Positions 1-12,877 of a stretch of DNA of 64,000 nucleotides are shown here, one piece after another. Source of the stretch: Octopus sinensis (Eukaryota); the NCBI RefSeq assembly GCF_006345805.1, contig NC_043001.1:110112001-110176000 (forward strand). The letters run 5' to 3'. Both the position numbers and the translations under genes were made by a program. Each line of letters begins with the position of its first letter. Position 1 is the stretch's first letter. The notes under the pieces are model-generated. The model searched no databases. It had not been told where the DNA came from and saw only the letters and a program-made list of their open reading frames with translations.

Positions 1-104
1 GTAAGAAAATTCAAAAAATTGCTTCTGGTTCTGCGTTCAAAGAAACCTGATGTCTACTTTGTCTTTCACCAATGTGGAATCGAGAAAATAGAGAATAACA
101 GCCT

Positions 105-330
105 ATCTTTTATCATTTGCTTCTTTCAGTCATTAGACTGCGACCATGCTGCTGGCACCGCCTTGAAGAATCGACCCGGTTACTTGCATAAAACCTAGTA
201 CTTATTCCATCGTTTTCTTTTGCCGAACCACTAAGATACGGAGACATAAACGAACCAACACCGGTTGTCAAGCAATGGAGGAGGGACAGAGATAGCAAAA
301 TACACACACACACACACACACGCAAACACA
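105..330 (-). mobile_element. SINE family A, 3' half
   Basis: Reverse complement of the family-A body and tail (cagtcattagactgcgaccatgct...gccgaaccactaag...ggttgtcaagc), then (CA)n. Confidence 0.85.
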
Positions 331-484
331 CAGGAATACTTTTGATTTATATCTGAATGTCAGTATCCTGACATGCAGTATCATATTGTGTGCACATGCG
401 TTGCAGTTTCCCCTAATGTTGTTGTTGCCACTGTTGTCGTTAGCGACAATTCTACTGTTGTTAGTGTCAGGCTTGTTTGTGTTT

Positions 485-602
485 AGCCTTTGCCTTTCAT
501 CCTTTCGGGGTCGATAAATTAAGTACCAGTTACGCACTGGGGTCGATCTAATCGACTAGGTCCCTCCCCACACATTTCGAGCCTTGTGCCTAGAATAGAA
601 TA
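485..602 (+). mobile_element. SINE family B, 3' part (tail B2)
   Basis: gcctttcatcctttcggggtcgataaattaagtaccagttacgcactggggtcgat core, then ccttgtgcctagaatagaa tail. Confidence 0.85.
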
Positions 603-1230
603 GATAACTAATTTCTTTTACTCTATCCACGAAACATCTTCTGAACCCTCTTTCCATTTTCGAAACGACAGAATTTAATATGACGGCGCTTCGGCTGCTT
701 CACCTAACCAGTAAAATATTAGCTCGTGTGTGTATACATTTCTATGAAAGTGTGCCTCGAGATTTTGCGACATTTTCTGAATTTTAAGTCGACATTCCAG
801 ACGCCACCATCAATTATACGCTCCCTTCCCAACCCATGTTTTCTATTTATATCTTCCTATTTTCTTTCATATATATTTTATATTTTCTCATATGTGTTAT
901 GTTCTCTATTCATGTCTACGTTTTGTTAACAAGTGAAGCCTGTAGGAAGTTAAATATGCATTGTCTATATGACATAAGGTTATATCGCTTTATCGCTCCA
1001 TCGCTCTTTCTTTCTCTATCTGACTATTTCTTTATCTATCAATCTTATTCTGTTCACATATATACATACAGACCGTGCCCCAGCATGGCACAGTCTACTG
1101 ACTGAATTGAGTCAAAGATTATTAAACACACACACACACACACACACAACTCCCTCGCACCCCCCACACACATATCGTCGGTAAGACATAAATCCGGGAA
1201 AAAAAGCACACCCTAAGTTACAGAATAGTA

Positions 1231-1540
1231 TATAATATAAAAAAAGTTACATAGAGACGGTTCATGGGATTACTCTGGGTTTCACTTAATAAAACACTTC
1301 GCTTTCCGGCGTATCATAAGATCCCAAAACCTGTTGGCTTAATATCTCTCTAGCGAGTGGCCTCTCGCTAGACCGCCATTACGCTTAATGCACCTCGAAG
1401 CTTGACGCCTGTCTAGCTACAGGCCACTCGCTAGGGAGGCATTAAGCCAACAGGTTTTGGGATCTGATGATACCTTTATGGACTTTGTGAACGCGTAAAC
1501 CAAGGTAATCCCATAAACCGGCCTTATATATTTTTATTTA
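1231..1540. mobile_element. Fold-back MITE-like element
   Basis: Inner arms 1311-1363 and 1421-1473 are reverse complements (49/53 identical); weaker outer arms cggttcatgggattac / gtaatcccataaaccg. Confidence 0.75.
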
Positions 1541-1689
1541 TGTCATGTATATATATATATTATATATATATATGGAGAGTTTACGAAAAAAAAAACAACA
1601 AAAGACGAAGAGAGCTGGTGTACAAAACAACAGATGTATTAGTATATATATATATATTATATATATATATATATATAATGTAACCACAT

Positions 1690-1860
1690 GTGAATCGTTG
1701 GCGATTTTCTTCCCCCGTCTTCTCTTCTATTGGAATTTGCTCTGTTTCCGAAGAAGAGCGTCTGTTCGAAACGTTAAACCAACTTTCTTCTCCTGAGCGT
1801 CTGCTAATACATTATATGTACCACATCATCGCGTTGTTGTTTTTTTGCGTTTGTTCTTTC
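1690..1860 (+). mobile_element. Penelope-like terminal fragment with minimal hammerhead motif
   Basis: ccgaagaagagcgtctgttcgaaacgttaaac motif, then cctgagcgt...ctaatac...tcgcgttgttg segment also seen at 23240-23300. Confidence 0.55.
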
Positions 1861-2361
1861 TTTAGATTTACTATATATATATACTTATATATATGTGTTT
1901 GTGTGTGCGTACACACGCACGCCCACACATGTATTTATGGAGAAGTCTGTATCCTACTGTGTGCACCCCTAAATAACAGAGATTATCCATAGAAGAGTAG
2001 GACAGTTATCAGAACATACTGAAGGGTATTAAGCATAATTCTGTATTATATTCCTAAATTTTCAAGCCATTGCAATCTTCAGTCGAGAACTATCAGATTT
2101 CTGTAAGCAGAAGTGTTTTACATACCCCAAGGTAGTTCAGTGTACGTATTTGTTACTCTTTCGCAAGGACGGTGTTCGCAGTAACTTTGAGAATTTGGCC
2201 TACTTAATCTGCATTGGATTGTCCCGTGGAAGCAAAGCCGGTTGAAACTTCGATCTCACTATAAAGCTGTTTACAGTATTCATATTAAAAGTCATTATAC
2301 GTATATACATACATACACACATATATATATACGTATATATCTATATCTACATCTATATCTA

Positions 2362-2460
<99 letters not shown>

Positions 2461-2517
2461 ATATATATATATATATATATACTACGTACATATGTATACG
2501 TACGTATGTATAAAGTC

Positions 2518-2554
<37 letters not shown>

Positions 2555-3183
2555 CGTTTATGTATGCATGTGTGATGCAGACTACCGTTACGTTGAATAA
2601 ATATTCAGTCCGATTCTTAGAATGATTGCTATGACGTAAAAAAAAAAATTATACATAAAAAGAAAAGAAAATCTACAGTACTTACCAAATCTAATATTGA
2701 CTTTATCTGAAGCACACCTCTTCACCTTATCTATTTTAAGTCGCACCATTTAACTTCACTTTCCATTCTTCGACTATTTTTATACTATCGTTTCCATTCT
2801 GGTTTCTGTTTACTTATTTCACGTATAAAGAATGTGACAGTATATTTCGCTTTGTTATTTATTCGTTCGTACGCCTTCCAAGTCGTGTGTGCATATATGT
2901 ATGTGATGGCTTTGTGTTCCTCTAAGTGTATCGAGTTTTTCTCTGCGTGTTTCTGTGTGCTTGCGTGTGTTTTCCATTTTTTTGCCTTTTTTTTTTTAAA
3001 GAACGTTTTATTTTTTTTTTATATTTCCTTTAAATTTATAAGAGCGTAGGTGAAGTAATTGCTGCATATTTTTGATTTTTTATCTTTTTATTTACTGACA
3101 ACTTGTTAGTACAAGCTGTTCTGTGGTTTAAATGCATATTATATGTATATTTGTACATCTATATATAGATATACAAATATACA

Positions 3184-3254
<71 letters not shown>

Positions 3255-3336
3255 GCACATGTACATGTGTGTATATATGTATATATATGTGCGTATATGT
3301 ATATGTTTGTATATATATACATACTTATATATATGC

Positions 3337-3417
<81 letters not shown>

Positions 3418-3482
3418 ATATATAATATATATACACACATATGTATATCACCTTATTTAACTGTATGTTGTATATATGTATA

Positions 3483-3528
<46 letters not shown>

Positions 3529-3940
3529 ATATATATGATATATAAGCATGTATACCTACGTACTTCCTTGCGCGCATACTAAGTATCTACGTGTGGGACG
3601 AAAGTGTATCGACCTAGTTGACAAGGCGACAGCAAGAAGATTAAGTGCCGAGGTTCACTACAGTTTTTGTTTGAGTGTGGGGAGAGAATTTTCGGGTTAG
3701 TATTGACCTTAAGTATTCAGATTATTTCTGGTAGGGTGTGGCAACGAATAAGTAACCTTCAAGTTGACTTCTCCCTTTCTGCTAAACAAATAAAATATTG
3801 GCACCTAAACCATTCTGTTTTCTGTTCTCTTGAATCATGTGCACGAAGAAAACAAATAAAAGAGACTATAAAAATCAACGTTGACTAACCGTTTCTAGCT
3901 AGCTGCCCAATTGAGAAACCTGCTCCTCGTGAGATAACCT

Positions 3941-4100
3941 TGTGGTATGAAGCTTACTTCCTAACCACATGGTTCCGGGTTCAGTCCCACTGCGTGGCAC
4001 CTTGGACAAGTGTCTTCTAAGATAGCCTCGGCCTGACCAAATCCTAGTGAGTGGATTTGGTAGACAGAAACTGAAAAAAGCCAGTCGTATATATGTATAT

Positions 4101-4186
<86 letters not shown>

Positions 4187-4845
4187 ATATAGATATAGAT
4201 AGATAGATATAGATGTATGTGTGTGTGTATGTTCTGTGTCTGTGCTTGTCCCTCAAACATCGCTTGACAATCTATGCTGGTGTGTTTACGTCTCCGTAAC
4301 TAAGCGGTTCGACAAAAAAATCAAGTGTCTTCTAAGATAGCCTCGGCCTGACCAAATCCTAGTGAGTGGATTTGGTAGACAGAAACTGAAAAAAGCCAGT
4401 CGTATATATGTATATAATATATATATAATATATATATATATATAATATATATATATATATAGATAGATAGATAGATATAGATGTATGTGTGTGTGTGTGT
4501 ATGTTTCTGTGTCTGTGCTTGTCCCTCAAACATCGCTTGACAATCTATGCTGGTGTGTTTACGTCTCCGTAACTAAGCGGTTCGACAAAAAAATCTATGT
4601 ATGTATGTATATGTGTGTTTGTTATCTGTGTATGTGTTTGCCCTCCCTACCATCGCTTGACAACCGATGTTGGTGTGTTTACATCCCCGTCAACTAGCGA
4701 TTCGGCAAAAAGAGACCGCTAGAATAAGTACTAAGCTTGCAAAAAACAAATCCTGGAGTCGATTCGTTCGACTAAAAGTTGTGCTCCGGCATGGCCACAG
4801 TCAAATGACTAAAACAGGTAGAAGAATAACAGAATAAAAGAATAT
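3941..4845 (+). mobile_element. SINE family A composite: one head, three tandem bodies
   Basis: tRNA-like head ggttccgggttcagtcccactgcgt; body duplicated at 4007-4321 and 4322-4594; third body and tail to ~4845. Confidence 0.9.
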
Positions 4846-4974
4846 ATTCTGTTTTGTGCCTCCCAGCGCTTTGACACCATTTCACGTTTGCATTCTTCGC
4901 CAGAATAACCTTAATTCTTTCTATGTGTATTTACGGCTTTATATTTCATGGTTAGTTTTCATTCGAAATGTTTA

Positions 4975-5300
4975 ACTTTTGCTTGTTTCGTTTATTAGAC
5001 TGCTGGAACATCGTTTTGAAGAATGCTCGTTGAATGAATCGACAAACCCAGAACATATAGTTTTTCAGTCGAACCGCCAAGTTACAGGGATGTGAGCTCA
5101 CAAAAACCGGCTGTCAAACGGCAGTAGGAACAAACATAGATTCACACACACAAACGCACTTCCTACCAGATCCACTCACATTCTTGTCAGCCTGAAGTTA
5201 TATCAGAAGACCCTTGCGCAAGGTGCCACGCAGAGGTATTGAACACGGAATCATGAGGCTGAGAAGTAAGTTTCTTACCACCCTGCCATGCCTGTGCCTG
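4975..5300 (-). mobile_element. SINE family A, old diverged copy
   Basis: gtcgaaccgccaagttac, ccagatccactcac, aaggtgccacgcag, cttaccacc landmarks in family order. Confidence 0.7.
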
Positions 5301-5731
5301 TGCCTATGTTTTGTTTTTACATTTTTTCCTCTTAAATGTCAATTTCGATTATAGCACAATGAAACACGTTGCATTTGTAGAGGTCTATTCATAGCAAAGT
5401 ATCTAAATTTAACCATTATGATTTTCTCAGAGATTTTAATCTAAGACTTTAACCTAGAACATGTCATTTACATGTTTCCATAAAAAAATGTGGTAACTTC
5501 ACCCTTTCATATCTTATCATTCTTCCAGTTGCGAAATATCTTATTATGTACTCATCGGCTTGGAATCACGTTATTGCGAAGAAAATCCACTTGTTGCTGC
5601 ATTCTTCTGTATAGTACATGATTACCCAATGTTTCTGAATTTTAGAGTGCTGATGTCTATAGTAATTTTCTAACATTTAACCGCTGGACTACTAGGCAAT
5701 TATAGTAAGGTAGATAATCGACTTTTTGTAG

Positions 5732-5749
5732 GGAAGATGGGTAACAGCT
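5732..5749 (+). CDS. Candidate start micro-exon (M-G-N-S...)
   Basis: ttttgtag acceptor, ATG GGT AAC AGC T, gtaagt donor; too short to validate. Confidence 0.15.
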
Positions 5750-6538
5750 GTAAGTGCTATTTGACCGCTCGCCTCTCGCTATGTCTAGTTATATAAATAT
5801 CGATTCTATAAATCTCAAACTGTCCCTTTATAATCACGGCAGACACAAATTTAAGTTATTTGAAAGGCATGCAGAAGTTGGCGATAAATCACGGTTAAAG
5901 GTTGATGGTGAATGGTACAATACAATTTATATATACAAACTCTCGACAAACATAAGTTTTACTTACAATTCAAGAATTACTGCTTAATTAAAATACGAAT
6001 TTTCTCTCTCTTTATATACGCAATCTTTGTAGAAATTGGCCTATATAACAGAAGGCATGCGTTAATTTGTTTAAAAACGAATCTGTAAAATCCATTTGCT
6101 GGCCTACATCTCCATTTTCTAACTGTTGAATAATTTATAACTGAAATTGTGTCATACATAACTTGTCTTTCAAACACAAACTAGAAATATTTTACTTATT
6201 TGCAAATGTTTACCGAATTGTGTTTTTAGAAAGAGACGGCATACCACCAGTCATTCGTCAAAACAATATTTGTTCACGATTGATTCACAAGTATGCGTTT
6301 TACAATAAGATATAACCCAAGCGAATATGTAGGTAAACGTTCATTTCTGTCTCGTAATGCACTCCTCTTTTCATTTCTGTTACTGAAGAGCGATGACATA
6401 GCTGATTACATTCTTAGCATGAAACAGCTAATTGCATTCAGGATTTTACACTGAGGTTGGGCATGAAATCGTTTAAGAAGAAAAGCACAATTTATTTAAA
6501 AGGAAACATAGAAGTAAAAATTTAAAAGGAACCATATA

Positions 6539-6948
6539 AGGAGTGGCTGTGTGATAAGTAGCTTGCTTACCAACCGCATGGTTCCGGGTTCAGTCCCACT
6601 GCGTAGCACCTTGGGCAAGTGTCTTGTACTATATCCTCGAGCCGGCCAAAGCCTTGTGAGTGGATTTGGTAAACAGGAACTGAAAGAAGCCTGTCGTGTA
6701 TATGTATATATATGTGTGTGTGTATGTGTTTGTGTGTCTGTTTGTCCCCCCTACATCGCTTGACAACCGATGCTGGTGAGTTTACGTCCCCGTAACTTAG
6801 CGGTTGGGCAAAAAGGACCGATAGAATAAGTACTAGGCTTACAAAGAATAAGTCCTGGGGTCGATTTGCTCGACTAAAGGCGGTGGTTCTGCATGGCCAC
6901 AGTCAACTGACTGAAACGAGTAAAAGAGTAAAAGAGTAAAGAGAGTAA
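6539..6948 (+). mobile_element. SINE family A, full length
   Basis: Head ggagtggctgtgtgataagtagc, B-box-like ggttcagtccc, internal (TA)(TG) tract, tail gcatggccacagtc...(taaaagag)n. Confidence 0.95.
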
Positions 6949-7137
6949 CAAAATGAATTCTATAATATTCTAAGCTGGAGTAAACAAAGTACAAAACAGG
7001 GTTTAGAAGTAGACAGAATATTTTTTACTGAAGGCTATCGCGAAAGAGCTAAACATTGCTAAAAATTGAAATTTTCTAAGTATAACTTTTGTACACTGGC
7101 TTAAGAAGCGTAAATTATTTATCTTCGTATCTAGCCA

Positions 7138-7260
7138 AAGTGCGTGGCCTAGTGGATGGGATACTATACTTACGATCGCTAGATCGTGGTTTCGATTCCT
7201 GGAACGGATGGCATGTTGTGTTCTTGAGCAAAACATTTCATTTCATGTTGTTTAATTATT
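7138..7260 (+). mobile_element. SINE family C head and CORE-like segment, diverged
   Basis: tggcctagtgg A-box, ggtttcgattcc B-box, ttcttgagcaaaacatttcatttc. Confidence 0.7.
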
Positions 7261-7533
7261 GCGTGGGCACCGGCATTTCAAAGAATAGACCCAGCGTTTC
7301 CTCTGCGTGTCATAAAACCCCATTAAAACAGATGGTATCTAATGCTCTTAGATTGTTTTTTCCTTGGGGCTGGCTAGATTGGAGCAGTATAATCAGCCGA
7401 AATTGAGAAGATAATATGGTACTTGACTGATAAAAGAAAACTTTGAATTACCCGTCCTTGTTTTCTTTGTATCGTCTATCTGGATGTTGTGTTGTCCCAT
7501 TTTGTATTTTATATATATACGTAAGTATATGTG

Positions 7534-7598
<65 letters not shown>

Positions 7599-8235
7599 TA
7601 CATATATCATGCCATGTCATAGCTAAGATGTTATATTTAAGATGGCACGTTTTGGAGAGTAACTAATTATAAAACCGTAAATGCGACGTATTATCGATCT
7701 GTCACAGTTCGTATATATTATATTGAAGTATAGGAAAATATCTTCAAATGGCACAGTTAATATTGCAAATTTTTAATAACTCACATATATTCGAAATTTT
7801 ATTGCAGATAAATAAGAAAGAATGCTTTTAGATGAAATGATTCAGTAGAGTTTCTCCAGCAGTTTAGGATGCTTTAGTATTTTCATTTTAATGAAAAAAT
7901 CAATGGTGACATGAAACTCAACAAATGAACAGCTCAGCTGTAGATATTTTCCTCACTGTTGCACAAATGGGTCGTTTTATTTGAAATCAACGTTAGGAAG
8001 TTATGAAACATGTATTAAGTTGATCTAGAAACAAGGCATATCAATAAAACTTACTGGAATATTTAAATACAATATCACTGCAATCGGGCGCATGGTAGGA
8101 AAGGAAATTAAAGAGATTTCGTCTTGCAGAGGCTAACAAGCATGCATAGATACATCTATACATACATACATACATTCGTAGGTAGGTAGGAACACGCACA
8201 TACAGACATACACACACACACATAGATCCCATCAC

Positions 8236-8348
8236 GTGTTACCCTGGGCAACTATCTTCTACCATAGTCTCGGGCTGACCAAAATCCTTGTGAGTGGATT
8301 TGGCAGGCGGAAACTAAAACAAGCTAGTCTTGTATATATATAGATATA

Positions 8349-8390
<42 letters not shown>

Positions 8391-8775
8391 GTACATATGT
8401 ATATAATATATATATATATATATATACATATTATATATATGTATAATGTATATGTATATATATATATTATTATATATATATATATAATATATATTATATA
8501 TATATATATATATATATGCATGTATGTATGTACATATATCCATGTGTGCGTATATGTTTGTGTGTCTGTATTTGTCGCCTCAACATCTCTAGACAACCGA
8601 TGCTGGTGTGTTTACATCCCCGTAACTTAGCGGTTCGGCAAAAGAGACCGATAGAATAAGTACTAGGCTTACAAAGAATAGGTCCTGGGTCGATTTGCTC
8701 GACTAAAGCCGGTGCTCCAGCATGGCCACAGTCAAATGACTGCAACAAGTAAAAGAATAAAAGAGAGTAAAGAGT
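8236..8775 (+). mobile_element. SINE family A with expanded ~200-bp (TA)n interior
   Basis: Head remnant 8236-8335, TA tract, intact body and tail 8560-8775. Confidence 0.85.
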
Positions 8776-8794
8776 ACATGTATACGTATATACA

Positions 8795-8845
<51 letters not shown>

Positions 8846-9451
8846 GTGTATGTATGTATGTGCGTTTATTTTCGTGTATATGTGTCTGCGCGCGCATGTG
8901 TATAATTATGTAAATACTCACGCAAACATATATAATGCCATACAATTTTTTTATGAATGTACGATTCCATGAGAAATGCAGGGATTTGCTTAGAAATCTA
9001 TAGAACGCTTTTCTAAGTAAATCTCTCGAACTCTGATAACATCGTGAGAATCACTTCTTTTCTCTCAATGAATATTGTTTATGCTTTGTTCTAATATTAT
9101 GTCTGTTACTTTTTGTGTCTATTTGTAAATAAAAAGTGTACATACGTTGCTATTTTCTATTCACATTTTCTTTCTCCTTAACCTTGTATTACAGAACTGG
9201 CTATTCAACTGTTCCTATTGGGACAGACTTCAATAATTCTATTTTGAAGTTTGATATCTGTGAGAAAATCGCATATTTTCTCCAAATTGAACACATATAA
9301 ATGTAATATTTTTTCTTGAGCCTATTATAGGCATTTTGACAGAAAAATGAATAGAATTTTTAAGGTATAATAATTGTGAAGTTAAGAAAGGAATATACAT
9401 TTGATCTGTTTCTACTGTAGGCTATTGCTCTACAATAGATTTATGTAGTCT

Positions 9452-9688
9452 TCAGTTAGTGGCGGTATCACATCCTGGATATCCAAACTGATTTATAGGA
9501 ATTAGATTTAGTTGTGGTTTACCATGTTGTTCACCGCCTACCAGGTATGTGAGAAATGCATCGACATTCTTAGCATCGTCGTCACGGCCAAATTTCTCAT
9601 AATTCTTTACAGGTATGTATTGATACACCTGCCTATAGCTATGAGCTTGGTGCACCAGCTGTCTCTACACTTCCACTTCAACCTTAGC
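9452..9688 (-). pseudogene. Coding-like frame with one internal TAG (possible pseudo-exon)
   Basis: tttcag acceptor then AKVEVEV*RQLVHQ...GRDDDAKNVDAFLTYLVGG...FGYPGCDTATN*; non-repetitive; product unidentified. Confidence 0.2.
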
Positions 9689-10332
9689 CTGAAACACAGC
9701 TCAAATCTCCTTTTGCCTACTTGATATCTATAGTATTGGTGAGAGTATCCTTATGATTTCTCTTACAAAAGCATCGAAAACCCATTTCTGTTTTGAAAAT
9801 TAGTTGCACAACGCTTTATTTCCTAAACAAATTAGTCAAGCAAAGATACACTCTTGCTTGTAACATATCTCGTTCATACTGTCTGTATTTCCTTCAAGTG
9901 ATCCACAGAGAGATGCTGCTCATGGCAGCATTACAGACAATATAATGGACGTTTGCGTGTTTGCTACCCAATTTTAGACGTTTTTCTCTTTTTAAAGCAT
10001 ATTAACCCTGCCTCTGTATTTTCAAACAATTTACGATTATCCGGCTCTCCTACTTTATGGGTACTACCTACTCACAAACACAATGGCTGCCTTAATGAAA
10101 TACCAACAAACAAATATAACTGTTGATTGGGAAAATCTGATAATACGAAACATTGTTTCTTATACCCAAAGAAATGTGATGAAAGTTTATCGATTTCGAA
10201 GCGTTGGTCAGCATAAGAAAAGGAGATGATCTCAGTACAATATTTATCATAAAATAATTCCGTAATGATGATTCTATGAGAACACCTATGTGTCCACTGA
10301 ATGCGCATTTAATAATAATAATAATAATAATG

Positions 10333-10397
<65 letters not shown>

Positions 10398-10398
<1 letters not shown>

Positions 10399-10942
10399 GT
10401 CTGCTGTACCAGGCAGTGGCTCTCGTGGCTTCTGATCTTAACCGATTGGAAGTGCTATCATGTACATTATTTTGTTTTGGTATAAAATATGGGTTACATC
10501 AAATATTCTGCTAATTACCACAGATTTGCCTGTCAGACCATAACCGGTTGAATATATCCCTTAGTGGCTGACGATATGTGCACCTCTGATCACGAGCAGA
10601 AGTAGTGGGGGAGCATCATAGCCGTTTGTTTAAAGGAATTCTAGGGGGTTTAGATAATTCACCAGTGTAAACATGGGTGTTTCGTTCAACATCCTTAAAC
10701 AATCCTTAATCAGGGACCTTTTGAGCGGGATGGGTTACTCAACCAGAAGAAAATTCTAATTCGGCCCCCACCTGCAAGGTTATGTGCTGTTTATCTTGAT
10801 ATGAGATCACCATGTCGCGCACGTATGGTTGTGATGCATGTGCCTCGTGTAACCTTATCAGCCGGGTAGTCATAATGGGTATATTGGGCTTCGTACATTT
10901 TACCCCAGTGTCACTTTGATGGCATGCACTGCTCTCTCACTC
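10398..10942 (+). mobile_element. ~545-bp non-autonomous retroelement (family F) between (AAT)n and a (GAT)n/(GAA)n tail
   Basis: Colinear reverse-complement copy at 35276-35826; 3' end gcatgcactgctctctcactc runs into a triplet tail. Confidence 0.85.
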
Positions 10943-11095
10943 AATGATGATGATGATGATGATGATGATGAAGAAGAAATGGAAAAAGAAGAAGAAGAGG
11001 AGGAAGAAGAAGAAGAAGAAGAAGAAGAAGAAGAAGAAGAAGAAGAAGAAGAAGAAGAAGAAGAAGAAGAAGAAGAAGAAGAAGAAGAAGAAGAA

Positions 11096-11127
<32 letters not shown>

Positions 11128-11137
11128 AGAAGAAGAA
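10943..11137 (+). repeat. (GAT)n to (GAA)n compound microsatellite
   Basis: Direct reading. Confidence 0.95.
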
Positions 11138-11449
11138 CTCGTACACTTATTGTATTGAATCCCGGTGAGAAGAGTGGCTAAAGTGGGTTTTGCGCGATTT
11201 GAAACCAGAAGTTATAGAACTGGAACATGTATTGCGAGGAACATTTTTATTCTTCTTGCTTAAGCCTTAATGTCGGATGAAGGACTTTGCAAGGATGACT
11301 CTGTAAACGGTTTGGGTTTCAACAAAATACCACACACAATGAGAAGCAACAACAACATCAACAAGTAAAAGGCATTTAAGAGGATTTTCCTTGTTGATAA
11401 TGATTATTCTCATCAGGAAAAAGCTATAAATCAAGCTAGAAGGAAACAG

Positions 11450-11600
11450 ACGATGAAGATAATGGCAATAAGATGACGATGAGGATGACGATGATGATGA
11501 TGGCGACGACGACGAAGATGATGATGGTGGTGATGATGATGATGATGATATTGATGATGATGACGACGACGACGACGACGATGATGATGATGATGACGAC

Positions 11601-11634
<34 letters not shown>

Positions 11635-12030
11635 GTGACGATGACGATGATGATGATAATGACGATGATGATAATGGTGATGATGACGATGATGACAATG
11701 ATGATGATGATGATGATGGTGATTAAAATGACGATAACGATGATGGCGATGATGATGATGATTAAGATGACGATGACGATGATAGCGATGATGATGATGA
11801 GGATGATGATGATGACGATCTTGACAATGATGATGATAATGACGATGATTATGATAGTGATGATGATGATCACGATGATGATGATGATCGCGATGATGAT
11901 GATGATGGTGATGATGACGACGACGACGACGATGATGATGATGATCACGATGGCGACGATCACTACCAGAACGATAATTGCAACGATGATGATAGCGATG
12001 ATGATGATGATGGCTATGATGATGGCAGAC
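11450..12030 (+). repeat. Imperfect (GAT/GAC)n triplet tract
   Basis: Direct reading; source of the poly-His/Ile/Met/Ser ORFs. Confidence 0.95.
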
Positions 12031-12329
12031 CACCCTACAGATGACGGTGAAAAACGGGAACGTTTTTTGTTGTTGTACAATCGTCATTATATTCATTGCA
12101 GATGATGTAGTCAATGTGTACTTGACTCAATTCATTCTAATCTATGATTGCTGTGTGTTGTATCGATCTGGCGAACACAACAAAAATTATGAGTATTGAA
12201 AGTCAGCCTACGCGCAACAGGATTTCAAACATTCTTTAAACATTCCGTCGACTATCGCACGGGATATATATATAAATATAGATATATATATATATATATA
12301 TATATATCAACCTTAATAACAATACTTAT

Positions 12330-12372
12330 GATGATGATGATGATGAGGATGGTGATGATGATGATGATGATA

Positions 12373-12404
<32 letters not shown>

Positions 12405-12558
12405 GATGATGATGATGATGACGATGATGTTGTTGTTGATGATGATGGTGATCATGACGACGATGATAAAGACGACGATGACGGTGATAATAATTAATGA
12501 TTCTGATGATGATGATGACAACAATAATAATATTAATAACAACAACAACAGCAACAGC

Positions 12559-12629
<71 letters not shown>

Positions 12630-12630
12630 G
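12330..12630 (+). repeat. (GAT)n, (AAC)n, (AAT)n compound microsatellite
   Basis: Direct reading. Confidence 0.95.
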
Positions 12631-12877
12631 CCGCGATAGGTGAACCTGGCGAGGGATTACTGTAAACTATTAATCTATCTCTGCATGCAGAATAAAACGA
12701 ACACATATACATACACGCACGCGTACACACATATACACACACACACGTACACATGCGCGCGCATACACACACAAATACTGCTTTTCAAAATGGTTCCGCT
12801 TGACTAATTTTGTTCGCTGTCACTGAATCCCATATTCAACTAAGTCCGTTGCTAAAATCTCATGGTTCGTGTATTTT

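Noticed and set aside
1-6. Window opens with GTAAGA, a canonical splice donor
   Set aside because: No upstream exon visible; cannot be distinguished from chance
2242-3582. Long YI/IY/LSIY ORFs here and throughout the track
   Set aside because: Translations of (TA)n, (TATC)n and (TG)n microsatellites
11431-12114. 227-aa poly-His, poly-Ile and poly-Met ORFs; possible poly-Asp protein
   Set aside because: Triplet-repeat artefacts; the Asp frame has no start and is broken by TAA stops near 11724 and 11763
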